Shown here: positions 22,341 through 32,223 of the stretch, in pieces
Numbering within the stretch: position 1 is the first letter of the stretch
How the letters are laid out: each line of letters opens with the position of its first letter
Source of the DNA: an uncultured Deinococcaceae bacterium
Lineage (GTDB): Bacteria > Deinococcota > Deinococci > Deinococcales > Deinococcaceae
DNA: 38,217 nucleotides
Direction: 5' to 3'
Assembly: GCA_964252075.1 (NCBI GenBank)
Contig: CAXULY010000005.1
Location: 164,652-202,868, forward strand
The notes under the pieces: model-generated
The model's database searches: none
The model's input: only the letters and a program-made list of their open reading frames with translations
What the model was told of the DNA's origin: nothing
Program-made: the position numbers and the translations under genes

Positions 22341-24644
22341 TCAGCGCGTGGCGGGCGTGACGCGGCGGCGCAGGGTGCGCTGCTTGAGGCCCTCCGACAG
22401 GAAGTAACTGCCGATCACGGCCACCACCGCGAACACCTGCAGCAGCACGCCCTCCCAGCTCGGGTACAGGCCCAGCCACACGCCCGCCTGCGCGGGCAGC
22501 GAGACGGGCAGCGCGTGCACGGGGAACCACCCGACGAGCTGCAGCACGTGTGTGGTGTTCCCCACCATCACGAACAGCACAAGGCAGATCAGGCCACCCG
22601 TGTACACCAGGAGTTTCTTCATGGGGAGTTTCGCCTGCAGCGCGAACACCAGCACGCCCACGCCCGCGACGGCCAGCAGGCCCACGGCGGTGCCGGTCAG
22701 GACGGGCGCGCGGCCGCTCTGCAGCACCAGCGACTGCAGGAACAGCACCGTCTCGAAACCCTCGCGGTAGATGCTGGTGAAGCCCAGCGCGGTGAGGCCC
22801 AGCCACTGCGCGAGCTGCTGCCCCACCTCGCGGCCCATCAATTGGTGCTTCTGGCGCTGGAAGCCCGCCATGCGGTCCGTCCAGTACACCTGATGGAAGA
22901 ACCAGTTCATGATGAGCAGCAGCACCACGATCGCGATGACGCCCACCACGGCCTCCAGCTTCTCCCCGAAGCGCGCGAGCAGGCTCAGGGTGCCGCCCAG
23001 CACCGCCCACGTGATGGCGGTGGCGGCGAGGGCGAGCGCGCCGCCCCACCACATGGGGCGGCGCAGGTGGCGCACCTCGCGCTTGCGGAAACTCCCCATG
23101 AGCGCCGCGAGGATCAGCACGGCCTCCAGGCCCTCGCGGAACACGATGATCCCGGCGTTCGTGGCGACGGCGGGCGGCGCGGCGTCCGTGCCGAGCAGCT
23201 CGGCGGTCTCCGCGAGCGCCGCGTCGAGGGCGCTGCGGGTGGCCGCGAAGCGCTCGGGCGTGGCGCGCTGCCGCACGAGCGCAGCGAGCCCAGCGGGCCG
23301 CGCGCCGTTCCAAAAGAGGTCCTCCAGGCGCACCTTGAGGTCCGGCGCGAACACGCTCACGCGCGCCTCCGGGCCGCTCTCCAGGGTGGCGTAGGCGTCC
23401 AGCCGCGCGGTTTCCGCCTGCGCGTAATCGCCGCTCAGGACGGCGGCCTTCAGCGCGTCCAGCTGGCTGCGGATCACGTCCAGGTCGCCGCTCGCGTCGC
23501 GGCCCCTCCACGCCTCGGGGAAGAGGCGGTCCAGCTGCGCGCCGAGCGCCTGCACCTGCCCCTGGAGGGCCGCACCCGTGGGGGCGTTCCCGTGGTGCGC
23601 GGCCTCCGCCAGCCCCCGCCCGATCTGCGCGAAGGCCTGCCGGGCGGCCTCGGCGCCCGCGCGGTCCGCGATGAGGGGGCTCAGGTCGGCGTACGCGCCG
23701 CGCGCGGCGGCCAGGAAGGTGGTGGCCTCCGTGATCTCAATGTCGGACTTCACGACCACGCCGCCCGCGTCGCCCGTCACGCCGCGCGCGTACTCCACGG
23801 GCACGAGGTTCAGGTAGCGCGTGACCTGCCCCGCGCGCAGGCGCCGCTCGCGCTCACTCAGCGGCGCCGCGCGGAAGCCCGCCATGAGCGCCTGCACCCG
23901 CGTGAGGCCCTGCGGGAGCGCCGCGAACTGCGCCTCGGCCTGTCGCAGGGCCACCTCGCCGCGCTGCGCCCCGAAGGCCGGCGCGAGCAGCGCAAAATAC
24001 CCCTGTGCGAGCGCCGCCTGCTCGGCGCCGCGCGTGCGGTAGCCCGCCGCCTGCGCCTCGCCGAGCGCTGCGAGGGCGTCCCCGAGGCGCGCCTGGTAGC
24101 CGTCCAGCAGGTCCGCGCGGATGGCGGTGAGGGCCGCGCCGGGCGTGACGGTGCCCGCCGCGAGGCCCTCGACCGCGACGGTGGCGTCCGCGTGCAGGCG
24201 CGTGTAGCGGTTGGAGGGCCGGAACTCGCGCAGCGCCAGCCAGTCGCGCGCGGCCCCCGCGCGGCCCTCCCGCACGTTGCTTTCCAGCGCCTGGTACGCG
24301 CCCCCGAGCAGCGCCGTCCAGGCGCCCGCGCGGGCGCGCGCGAAGGCGGGCGCGTCGCCGCGCTGGGCGGCGGTCAGTGCGAGGTGCAGGTCGCGCCGCA
24401 CCTCGGCGTCCGCCTCCGGCGCGGCGGCGTGCAGAGCCTGTGCGAGGGCGCCCCGGTAGTGCCCCTCGGCCTGCCGGGTGAGGGTGAGGGCGTGCGCCGA
24501 GTCGAAGGCGAGTTCCAGTTGCGCGTCGCTCAGGCCCGCGCGCAGCGCCTCGGCGGGCGTCGCGTAATCGATGGGCGTGGTGGCCGCCTGGGCCAGTCCG
24601 GGCAGCAGCGCCGCCAGGAGGAGGGGGCGCTGCCAGGCCCTCAC
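22341..24644 (-). CDS. FTR1/EfeU-family iron permease with a large N-terminal extracytoplasmic helical domain
   Basis: Two RExxE motifs (FREGLEAVL and YREGFETVL) lie in a C-terminal multi-TM domain. A signal peptide and roughly 470 soluble residues precede it. Confidence 0.9.
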   Translation of the reverse strand: MRAWQRPLLLAALLPGLAQAATTPIDYATPAEALRAGLSDAQLELAFDSAHALTLTRQAEGHYRGALAQALHAAAPEADAEVRRDLHLALTAAQRGDAPAFARARAGAWTALLGGAYQALESNVREGRAGAARDWLALREFRPSNRYTRLHADATVAVEGLAAGTVTPGAALTAIRADLLDGYQARLGDALAALGEAQAAGYRTRGAEQAALAQGYFALLAPAFGAQRGEVALRQAEAQFAALPQGLTRVQALMAGFRAAPLSERERRLRAGQVTRYLNLVPVEYARGVTGDAGGVVVKSDIEITEATTFLAAARGAYADLSPLIADRAGAEAARQAFAQIGRGLAEAAHHGNAPTGAALQGQVQALGAQLDRLFPEAWRGRDASGDLDVIRSQLDALKAAVLSGDYAQAETARLDAYATLESGPEARVSVFAPDLKVRLEDLFWNGARPAGLAALVRQRATPERFAATRSALDAALAETAELLGTDAAPPAVATNAGIIVFREGLEAVLILAALMGSFRKREVRHLRRPMWWGGALALAATAITWAVLGGTLSLLARFGEKLEAVVGVIAIVVLLLIMNWFFHQVYWTDRMAGFQRQKHQLMGREVGQQLAQWLGLTALGFTSIYREGFETVLFLQSLVLQSGRAPVLTGTAVGLLAVAGVGVLVFALQAKLPMKKLLVYTGGLICLVLFVMVGNTTHVLQLVGWFPVHALPVSLPAQAGVWLGLYPSWEGVLLQVFAVVAVIGSYFLSEGLKQRTLRRRVTPATR

Positions 24645-25654
24645 TCGCTGACCTTCACGTCCAGCAGGGCGGCCGCCTGCGTGAGCTTCCCGGCGAGGGC
24701 GGTGGCGCGGTTCTGCGCTTCCTCGGTGATGCCCTGCGCCTGCTCGGGCGTGAAGCGCCGCCGCGCCTCCTGATCGATGAGGCGCTGCACGTAGGCGCGC
24801 AGGTCCGTGAAGCCCGCGCTCACCTGGGCGTCCAGGGCGGCGTTCTTCCCGCGCACGTCGGGAGAGACGCCGCCGTAGATGGCCTGCCAGGAGCTGATGT
24901 TGTCACGCAGGTCATTCAGACGCGAGATGGCCGCGAACTCACCCACGCGGCTGCCCTGGCCCTGCACGAAGCGCGACTCGCGCCACACGTCAAGGAAGTC
25001 GCGGGTGGTGGGCACATTGCTCACCAGGGTGGTGAACACGTACGGGGTGCTGGGCTGCCAGCCGCGCGCGACCTGCAGCAAAAGCCCGATCTGGCGGTCC
25101 AACGCCGCGACGCTGCCCTTGAGGACGTTCGCGTCCGGCAGGGCGTTCCCGATCGGCCCGCCGAGGTTCACCTCGAGGGCGCTGTAGCTGGGGTTCAGGC
25201 CCCACAGGGTCGCCTCGGTGAGGTTGAAGAGCGCGCCGGGGCTGTGCAGCACGCGGCCGTTCGGGAGCGTCACGTCGAAGCGCACGGTGTTGTCGCCGCG
25301 GGTGCCGGGGTCGGCGGCGTCAATGATGGCGTCGTGGTCCGCGAAGGGCGCGTTGCCCGCGAAGAACCCCTCGATCTGCTCGTAGCGGGGGCTGGCGTCC
25401 TTCCAGGCGGCGCGGGCGGCGTCCAGGGCGGCGCGCGTCTGGGCGGGGCGGGTCTTGTACAGCTGCGCGTAGTTGAAGTTCGCGCCTTTGGCGAGCGTGT
25501 AGTAGGCGTCACCTGCCGCGACGAGTTTGGCGCTGCTGGCCTTGAGCGCTTCGAGCCGGGTGAGCATGTAGGCCTTGGTGGCGTTCAGGTCGGCGGCGTG
25601 GGCGAGGCCGGCGCTCAGCAGGCCCAGGGTCAGAACGGCAGTGAGTTGACGCAT
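24641..25654 (-). CDS. Imelysin-like (peptidase M75/EfeO-type) secreted iron-uptake component
   Basis: Signal peptide from ATG 25654 (GAAAGGA RBS). ARAAW...YEQIEG and DAIIDA motifs in an all-helical pattern. GTGA overlap with the FTR1 gene. Confidence 0.72.
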   Translation of the reverse strand: MRQLTAVLTLGLLSAGLAHAADLNATKAYMLTRLEALKASSAKLVAAGDAYYTLAKGANFNYAQLYKTRPAQTRAALDAARAAWKDASPRYEQIEGFFAGNAPFADHDAIIDAADPGTRGDNTVRFDVTLPNGRVLHSPGALFNLTEATLWGLNPSYSALEVNLGGPIGNALPDANVLKGSVAALDRQIGLLLQVARGWQPSTPYVFTTLVSNVPTTRDFLDVWRESRFVQGQGSRVGEFAAISRLNDLRDNISSWQAIYGGVSPDVRGKNAALDAQVSAGFTDLRAYVQRLIDQEARRRFTPEQAQGITEEAQNRATALAGKLTQAAALLDVKVSE

Positions 25655-25679
25655 GCGGCTTCCTTTCGTCCTACCCATG

Positions 25680-25704
25680 TATTCCGAGCAGGATGATCGG
25701 ATTT
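25680..25704. promoter_or_regulatory. Palindromic operator upstream of the EfeO-like/FTR1 operon
   Basis: TATTCCGA-GCAGGATGA-TCGGATTT, with the same CCGA-N9-TCGG core as the site at 8043-8059. Confidence 0.6.
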
Positions 25705-25786
25705 AAAGTAGGGCCGGGCGTCGGGGGCCGTCAAGGGCCGCTGTGTGCCGAACGTAATAAACGAGAAGCCTTCCTGCTAACGCACG

Positions 25787-25812
25787 AAAAAGCGGCCCCC
25801 GCAGGGGCCGCT
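25787..25812 (-). terminator. Rho-independent terminator of the DUF1540-like gene
   Basis: AGCGGCCCC-CGCA-GGGGCCGCT stem with an adjacent A-run (U-tract on the minus strand). Confidence 0.75.
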
Positions 25813-25824
25813 CGTGGCGTTCGC

Positions 25825-26010
25825 TTACGATTTGGCGGAGGGGCGGTCGGTCGCGGCACCCGCGCTGGCGGGCGTGTAGGTGGCGCAGGTGGCGCTGTTC
25901 GCGCTGAAGCTCACCTCGATCTGGCCGGCCGTGCACTTCTGGTCGCGGTTGTAGGTGCAGCTGGTGGCGCTGCAGGAACCGACCACGCTGGTCTGCGGCT
26001 CGTGGGTCAT
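25825..26010 (-). CDS. DUF1540-like small four-cysteine protein (61 aa)
   Basis: Pattern C-x4-C-x-YN-x4-C-x-A-x2-I-x-V...C-x-TY. Strong AGGAGG RBS, TATGAT -10 upstream, and its own terminator. Confidence 0.85.
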   Translation of the reverse strand: MTHEPQTSVVGSCSATSCTYNRDQKCTAGQIEVSFSANSATCATYTPASAGAATDRPSAKS

Positions 26011-26144
26011 ATCTACCTCCTGCTCAAATCATACGACAAGTGGCGATGTTTTAAAGAAGGAGTGTCTTTATGTATGAATCCAGTCAATCATATTGGTTTG
26101 ATCGGAATTTCATACTGGCAGAAAAACTTATAAATTCATGATGA

Positions 26145-26172
26145 AGAAGCGCGCCCGTATGGGCGCGCTTCT
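26145..26172 (-). terminator. Hairpin downstream of the 26185-26703 gene
   Basis: AGAAGCGCGCCC-GTAT-GGGCGCGCTTCT, a 12-bp stem. Confidence 0.7.
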
Positions 26173-26184
26173 CTTACTCCACCT

Positions 26185-26703
26185 TCAGTTCATGGTGCGT
26201 CCCGCCACGCCGCTGGCGCAGCGCACGCGGGTGGCCACCTCGGCGGCGTCTAAGGCGCCGTGTTCCAGCAGGCCCGCCGCGACCACCTGCACCTGCGGCC
26301 ACGCGCGGCGCAGCAGGGCGCGGGCGCGGGCCAGCAGCACCTCCGCGTAAGCGGGCGCCACGGCGGCCTCATCGTCGTCACGGGCGGCGGCGCGCAGCAA
26401 CTCGCGGGCGGGCACGAGGGCCGACCCACACCAGCTGGGGTCGAGGATCTGCAGGGCGGCGTCGCCCGCAAGGGTCAGCATGGCGGTCTCCTCCAGCAGC
26501 GGGCGATGGCCGCGCAGGGCCTCGGGCAGCGGGGGGCAGGCCAGCCGCAGCTCCGCATGGGGGCGCAGCTGCAGGCGCTCCAGGCGCAGGGCGGGCCGCC
26601 CCACCTGCACGGCCACGACCGCCTGGCCGGCCAGCGAGAGGGCCTCGCGCTGCGCGTGGTCCTCAAGGGGCGTGGACGAAACGAGCGGGGCGAGGGTCGG
26701 CAT
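26185..26703 (-). CDS. Hypothetical protein resembling a degenerate FtsH/M41 peptidase domain
   Basis: ALSLAGQAVVA aligns by eye to AYHEAGHAVV; also TLAGDAA and ARARALLRRAWPQVQVVAAGLLEHGALDAAEV. TATACT -10 just upstream and a terminator downstream. Confidence 0.65.
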   Translation of the reverse strand: MPTLAPLVSSTPLEDHAQREALSLAGQAVVAVQVGRPALRLERLQLRPHAELRLACPPLPEALRGHRPLLEETAMLTLAGDAALQILDPSWCGSALVPARELLRAAARDDDEAAVAPAYAEVLLARARALLRRAWPQVQVVAAGLLEHGALDAAEVATRVRCASGVAGRTMN

Positions 26704-26773
26704 CAATCCCGAGTATACGGCTCGGGAATCCCGCGACCGCGATTCAGGTTCGGTTTTGTCTGGGCAGGCGCGC

Positions 26774-27439
26774 TCAGGCGTCGCCAGTCATGCGGGGCGG
26801 CTCACCAGCGTCTCCGGACCTGCCCCGCCCCCGCGGGCGGCGGCCCGGCAGGAAGCGCAGGGCGAACAGCGCCGCCACCACCAGCGCGTACGCCAGCGGC
26901 GCCGTGTGGTCCTTCTTCACGCCCCACCAGTAATGCAGCAGGCCCAGGCTGACCACCACGTACACCAGCTGGTGCAGCCGCGTCCAGCGCCGGAACCCCA
27001 GCCGCCGCACCGAGGTGGGCGTGCTGGTCAGCGCCAGCGGCACCAGCAGCAGCAGCGCCGTGAAACCCACCGTGATGAAGGGCCGCTTCACCACGTCCGC
27101 CACTACCGTGCTCCACGTGAAGCCCTGGTCGTACAGGTACACGCTGAAGTGCAGCAGCGCGTACAGGCCCGCCAGCAACCCCAGCGCCTTGCGAATGCGG
27201 GCAGGCCACGTCCAGCGCGTCAGTCGGCGCAGCGGCGTGCACGCCAGCGAGACGGTCAGCAACGCCAGCGTGAGCACGCCCGTCTGCAGCAGGGCGTTCT
27301 GCACGGGGTTCGCGCCCAGCGCCCCACGGGCGAAATCCAGCGCGAGCACCACCACGGGCAGCAGGCCCCCCACCACCACGCCCGGCCCCAGCCACGGCAG
27401 CGGGCGCGCCCGCACCCTGGACCCCGCCGCGTCCCGCAC
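26774..27439 (-). CDS. msrQ: Haem-binding membrane subunit of periplasmic methionine sulfoxide reductase
   Basis: LGANPV, SLACTPLR, RKALGL...YALLH, KRPFITVG, LALTST and WTRLHQLVY...LHYWW. Start uncertain (GTG 27439 or 27415). Confidence 0.9.
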   Translation of the reverse strand: MRDAAGSRVRARPLPWLGPGVVVGGLLPVVVLALDFARGALGANPVQNALLQTGVLTLALLTVSLACTPLRRLTRWTWPARIRKALGLLAGLYALLHFSVYLYDQGFTWSTVVADVVKRPFITVGFTALLLLVPLALTSTPTSVRRLGFRRWTRLHQLVYVVVSLGLLHYWWGVKKDHTAPLAYALVVAALFALRFLPGRRPRGRGRSGDAGEPPRMTGDA

Positions 27440-27465
27440 GCGCCGCGCGTCCCCGGCGGTCCCCC

Positions 27466-28446
<981 letters not shown>

Positions 28447-28609
28447 GCGGACCTCGTTTCACGCTCGGGGCGGACCACCGAATGGCCTTCAGGCTAGTGC
28501 GGCGCCGGTCGTTTCGCCGCCGCATTTGCTTCAGTCGAGAAGCGCGACGGTCAGGCGCACTGCAGTGTGGCCTCACCACCAGGGGTACGAGATGAAGTGC
28601 GCGGAAAGT

Positions 28610-29938
28610 TCAGGGCTTGAACGCCGCGCACGCCCCCAGGAACCGCTCGACGAGCGCCGGGTCGGTCGCGAGGTGCAGGTGCAGGTAACTGGCGAGCACG
28701 TTCCCGTCCGCGTGCCCCACGCGCGCCTCACCCACCTGGAAGGCCGGGCGCGGCCACGCGTCCGCCGCGACGCTGTAATGAAATTCGTGCGCGCGCAGGG
28801 CGGTGCCCGCCGCACCGAGGGGGCCGTCGTGCAGGGTGAGCGCCTCGCGGTACCCGAGCGTGAGGCGCTCCGTCATGCGCGTCCCGACCGGCACCACGCC
28901 GCACATGGCGTGCGCGCGGCCCCGCAGGTCCGTCAGCTGGTCGCTGAGGTACATCAGGCCGCCGCACTCCGCGAGCACCGGGCGGCCCGAACGCGCGAAG
29001 GCCCGCACGGACGCGCGCATGCTGGCGTTTCGCGTGAGGTCCGCCGCGTGCGCCTCCGGGTACCCGCCCCCGATGAGCAGGCCCTGCGCGCCGGGCACGA
29101 CCGCGTCCCGCAGGGGGCTGAAGGGCACGAGCTGCGCGCCGCCCTCCTCCAGCGCGTCCAGCGCGTCCTGGTAGTAGAAGCTGAAGGCCTCGTCCCGCGC
29201 CACCGCGACCCGCACCCGCGCGGGCGCCCGCGTGGGCGGCGGGGGAGAGGAGAGGCGCGGTCGGCGCGTCGCGACCAGCAGCGCGTCCAGCCGCAGGTGC
29301 TCGCCCGCCGCGCGCAGCGCGCCCGCATCTGCGGCGTGCTGCTCCGCCGCCAGCAGACCCAGGTGGCGGCCAGGCACCCCGAGCGCCTCGTCGCGCGCCA
29401 GAAACCCGAAACACGGCATGTTCACCTGGGCGAGCGCCGCCTCGCACAGCTCCGCGTGGCGCGCGCCGCCCACGCGGTTCAGGATGACGCCCGCCACCGT
29501 GAGGTCCCGCCCGAAGTCCCGCAGGCCCGCCGCGAGGGCCGCGACGGTGCGCGCCATGCCGGACGCATCAATGACCAGCACCACCGGGCAGTCCAGCAGG
29601 CGCGCGAGGTGCGCGCTGGAGTGCAGGTCGCTGGTGGGGTCGCGCCCGTCGTACAGGCCCATCACGCCCTCAATCACGCTCACCTGCGCGCCCTCGCCCG
29701 CGCGGGCGAACAGCGCGCGCAGGCGCGCCTCGGGCAGCAGGAAACTGTCGAGGTTGCGCGCGGGTCGGCCCGCCGCGCGCGTGAGGTGCGTGGGGTCCAG
29801 GTAGTCCGGTCCGGCCTTGAAGGGCTGCGGCGTCAGGCCGCGCGCCCGCAGCCCCGCCAGAATGGCGGCTGTCACGGTGGTCTTGCCGCTGCCGGAGTGC
29901 GGCGCGGCGATCAGGAAGCGGTGGTGCGTCACACACAT
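28610..29938 (-). CDS. cobB: Cobyrinate a,c-diamide synthase (CobB/CbiA)
   Basis: [53 protein letters not shown] and ASYLHLH. Alternative start GTG 29932. Confidence 0.93.
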   Translation of the reverse strand: MCVTHHRFLIAAPHSGSGKTTVTAAILAGLRARGLTPQPFKAGPDYLDPTHLTRAAGRPARNLDSFLLPEARLRALFARAGEGAQVSVIEGVMGLYDGRDPTSDLHSSAHLARLLDCPVVLVIDASGMARTVAALAAGLRDFGRDLTVAGVILNRVGGARHAELCEAALAQVNMPCFGFLARDEALGVPGRHLGLLAAEQHAADAGALRAAGEHLRLDALLVATRRPRLSSPPPPTRAPARVRVAVARDEAFSFYYQDALDALEEGGAQLVPFSPLRDAVVPGAQGLLIGGGYPEAHAADLTRNASMRASVRAFARSGRPVLAECGGLMYLSDQLTDLRGRAHAMCGVVPVGTRMTERLTLGYREALTLHDGPLGAAGTALRAHEFHYSVAADAWPRPAFQVGEARVGHADGNVLASYLHLHLATDPALVERFLGACAAFKP

Positions 29939-30030
29939 CCCATCAGAAATTGAGGTCTCATCAAGGCCACATCAATGCGCTTTGAGCTGGCGTTCAGCGC
30001 CCAGCGGCCCGCCGCCGCCACCCTGGAGGT

Positions 30031-30225
30031 ATGTGGAGAGCGGTCCTGGCCTTCGTGTTCGTCGTTGGGTTTTTCGTGCTGGCCACGCTGTCGCTCTACC
30101 TGGCCCTGGATGGGCCGCACATGCGCGCGGGCCTGATCTTCGCGGGCAGCCTGCTGTCCCTGCTGGCCCTCGCCTTCGTCATGCGCGACGAGCGGGTGCC
30201 CGAGGAGGGCCTGTCGGAGATCTGA
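30031..30225 (+). CDS. Small two-TM hypothetical membrane protein (64 aa)
   Basis: GGAGGT immediately before the ATG, two hydrophobic helices, and it fills the intergenic gap. Confidence 0.65.
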   Translation: MWRAVLAFVFVVGFFVLATLSLYLALDGPHMRAGLIFAGSLLSLLALAFVMRDERVPEEGLSEI

Positions 30226-30240
30226 GCGCCCCACACCACC

Positions 30241-30897
30241 TCAGCGCGTGACGTTCACGGTGAGGCCACCGTCCGCCGCCCGGCCGTCCGGGCGCTGCGC
30301 GTGCAGGTCCAGCGAGTACTGACCGATGGGCAGGCCAGGTTGCGCCCGCAGCTCGATGCGCGCGGTCTGCCCCGCCTCCAGGCGCGCCGAGCCGAGCGTC
30401 GCGGTGAGCGCCACCGGGCGGCCCCCCTCGTCGTGCCCCTGCGCGCTCAGCGACCACGCGCCCGCCTCCTCAGGCCGCACGCCGCCAATGCGGACCGTCA
30501 CCACGGCGCTGCTGCCGGACTTCAGGTCCAGTTCCCCCTGCTTGCCGCCGCCCGGCTGCCCGAACACCACGTACGCGCCCGCGCAGCCGGACGCGCGCAG
30601 CTGACCCAGCGCGGTCGCGGTCATGAACATCGCGGGAAACAGCGAGGCCGCCACCAGCCCCAGACCCAGCAGACCCCAGCGCGGGCGGTTCCAGGTGAGG
30701 GCCGCGAGGCCCAGCCCACCCGGCCCCAGCAGCAGCGGCGCCACCAGCAGCACCGCCGTCTGGCCGCGGCACGGGTCGGGCAGCTGGCCGCGCGCCAGCC
30801 ACAGCAGCCCGAACAGCGCCACGCCCAGCAGGTACCCCAGCACGAACCTGGGCCACGTGGGCCGCGGGCGCGGCGCGGCGACGTGCGGCTGCGTCAT
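30241..30897 (-). CDS. Hypothetical membrane protein with about 3 TM helices and a C-terminal beta-rich soluble domain
   Basis: Starts 1 nt after the ddl stop; hydrophobic N-terminal half and beta-strand-like C-terminal half. Confidence 0.7.
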   Translation of the reverse strand: MTQPHVAAPRPRPTWPRFVLGYLLGVALFGLLWLARGQLPDPCRGQTAVLLVAPLLLGPGGLGLAALTWNRPRWGLLGLGLVAASLFPAMFMTATALGQLRASGCAGAYVVFGQPGGGKQGELDLKSGSSAVVTVRIGGVRPEEAGAWSLSAQGHDEGGRPVALTATLGSARLEAGQTARIELRAQPGLPIGQYSLDLHAQRPDGRAADGGLTVNVTR

Positions 30898-30898
30898 C

Positions 30899-31924
30899 TC
30901 AGCGCGCCTCCAGCGCCAGCTGCACGAGGCGGCTGGTGAGGTCCGCGTAACTGAGGCCCGCCGCCTCCCATAGCTTCGGGTACATGCTGGTGGTCGTGAA
31001 GCCCGGCATGGTGTTCACCTCGTTCAGGTACAGCGCGCCCGTCTCCTCCACGTAGAAGAAATCCACGCGCGCGAGGCCCGCGCAGTCCAGCGCCGCGAAG
31101 GCGTCCAGCGCGTGGGCGCGCACCTGCGCCGCCACTTCGGGCGGCACGCGCGCGGGAATGTGCATGGTCGCCTGCCCCTCGGTGTACTTGGTGTCGTAAT
31201 CGTAGAACTCCGCGTCGAACCGCAACTCGCCCACGGGACTCGCGGTGGGCGCGTCGTTCCCGAGAATCCCGACTTCCAGTTCGCGCGGCTTGCCGCCCGC
31301 GCCCGCCTCCAGAATCACCCGGCGGTCCAGGCTGAACGCCAGGGTCAGCGCCGCCGGCAGTTCGTCCTCGTGGCGCACCTTCGAGATGCCCACGCTGGAC
31401 CCCAGGTTTGCGGGTTTGCAGAACAGCGGGAAACCCAGCGCGCGCGCCGCCTCCAGCGCCGCCTCGGGGCGCGCGCGCCAGTCGCGGCGCGTCAGCAGGC
31501 GCCACGCCACCTGCGGGATGCCGCGCGCCGCGAGCACCTGCTTGGTCATGGCCTTGTCCATGCTGACGGCGCTGCCCAGCACGCCGGACCCCACGAAGGG
31601 AATGCCCGCCAGGGTCAGCAGGCCCTGCACGGTGCCGTCCTCACCCATGGGGCCGTGCAGCAGGGGAAGCACCACGTCGAAACCCTCGGCGCTCATGGCC
31701 TGGTGCAGCACCAGCTCGCCGCCCGTGGGGGCGCTGCCCTGCTCCAGGGCGCGCGCGGTCTCGGCGGGCGGCAGCCAGCGCCCCTCGCGGCTGATGACCA
31801 GCGCCGTCACCTCGAACTGATCCTCGGGCAGCGCGCCCAGCACGCTGCGGGCGCTCGCGAGGCTCACCTCGTGCTCCTCGCTCTGCCCGCCCGCCAGCAC
31901 CAGCACCCTCCTGCGCCCGCTCAC
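30899..31924 (-). CDS. ddl: D-alanine--D-alanine ligase
   Basis: [47 protein letters not shown] and [10 protein letters not shown]. Start placed at GTG 31924. Confidence 0.96.
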   Translation of the reverse strand: MSGRRRVLVLAGGQSEEHEVSLASARSVLGALPEDQFEVTALVISREGRWLPPAETARALEQGSAPTGGELVLHQAMSAEGFDVVLPLLHGPMGEDGTVQGLLTLAGIPFVGSGVLGSAVSMDKAMTKQVLAARGIPQVAWRLLTRRDWRARPEAALEAARALGFPLFCKPANLGSSVGISKVRHEDELPAALTLAFSLDRRVILEAGAGGKPRELEVGILGNDAPTASPVGELRFDAEFYDYDTKYTEGQATMHIPARVPPEVAAQVRAHALDAFAALDCAGLARVDFFYVEETGALYLNEVNTMPGFTTTSMYPKLWEAAGLSYADLTSRLVQLALEAR

Positions 31925-32107
31925 GCGCGCCCCGCCCTCATGCACACCGTCACGCCGCGCAGTATTCCACGCGTGACCGGGGACGGGTGGCCCGCGCGCG
32001 CCAGACATCTGCCCGGAAGCCACGCTTCATGCCTTTATCATCTCAGGCGGTACGCCTCCTCTGGCACGCTCACGCGTGACTGCGCCGCCCTGCGGCTTCA
32101 GCACATC

Positions 32108-32135
32108 TTCACAATCCAAATGTTTGCGCTATGAT
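32108..32135 (+). promoter_or_regulatory. Probable promoter of the peptide ABC operon
   Basis: TTCACA (32108-32113), 16 nt, TATGAT (32130-32135). Confidence 0.5.
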
Positions 32136-32223
32136 GCGCGCGAACACCCAAAGTACTGAGATGCTCGGCGGGCGCCGGGGTCCCTCCCCTGTGCTTTCAG
32201 CCACCGTCTCCCAGGAGGAACAC

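Noticed and set aside
28447..28609. Possible structured RNA or cobalamin riboswitch between cobB and msrP
   Set aside because: It lies downstream of cobB, shows no B12-box, and has only a weak hairpin.
30899..31924. ddl as a Van-type D-Ala-D-Lac ligase
   Set aside because: The omega loop FYDYDTKY is the D-Ala-D-Ala type and no van genes are nearby.
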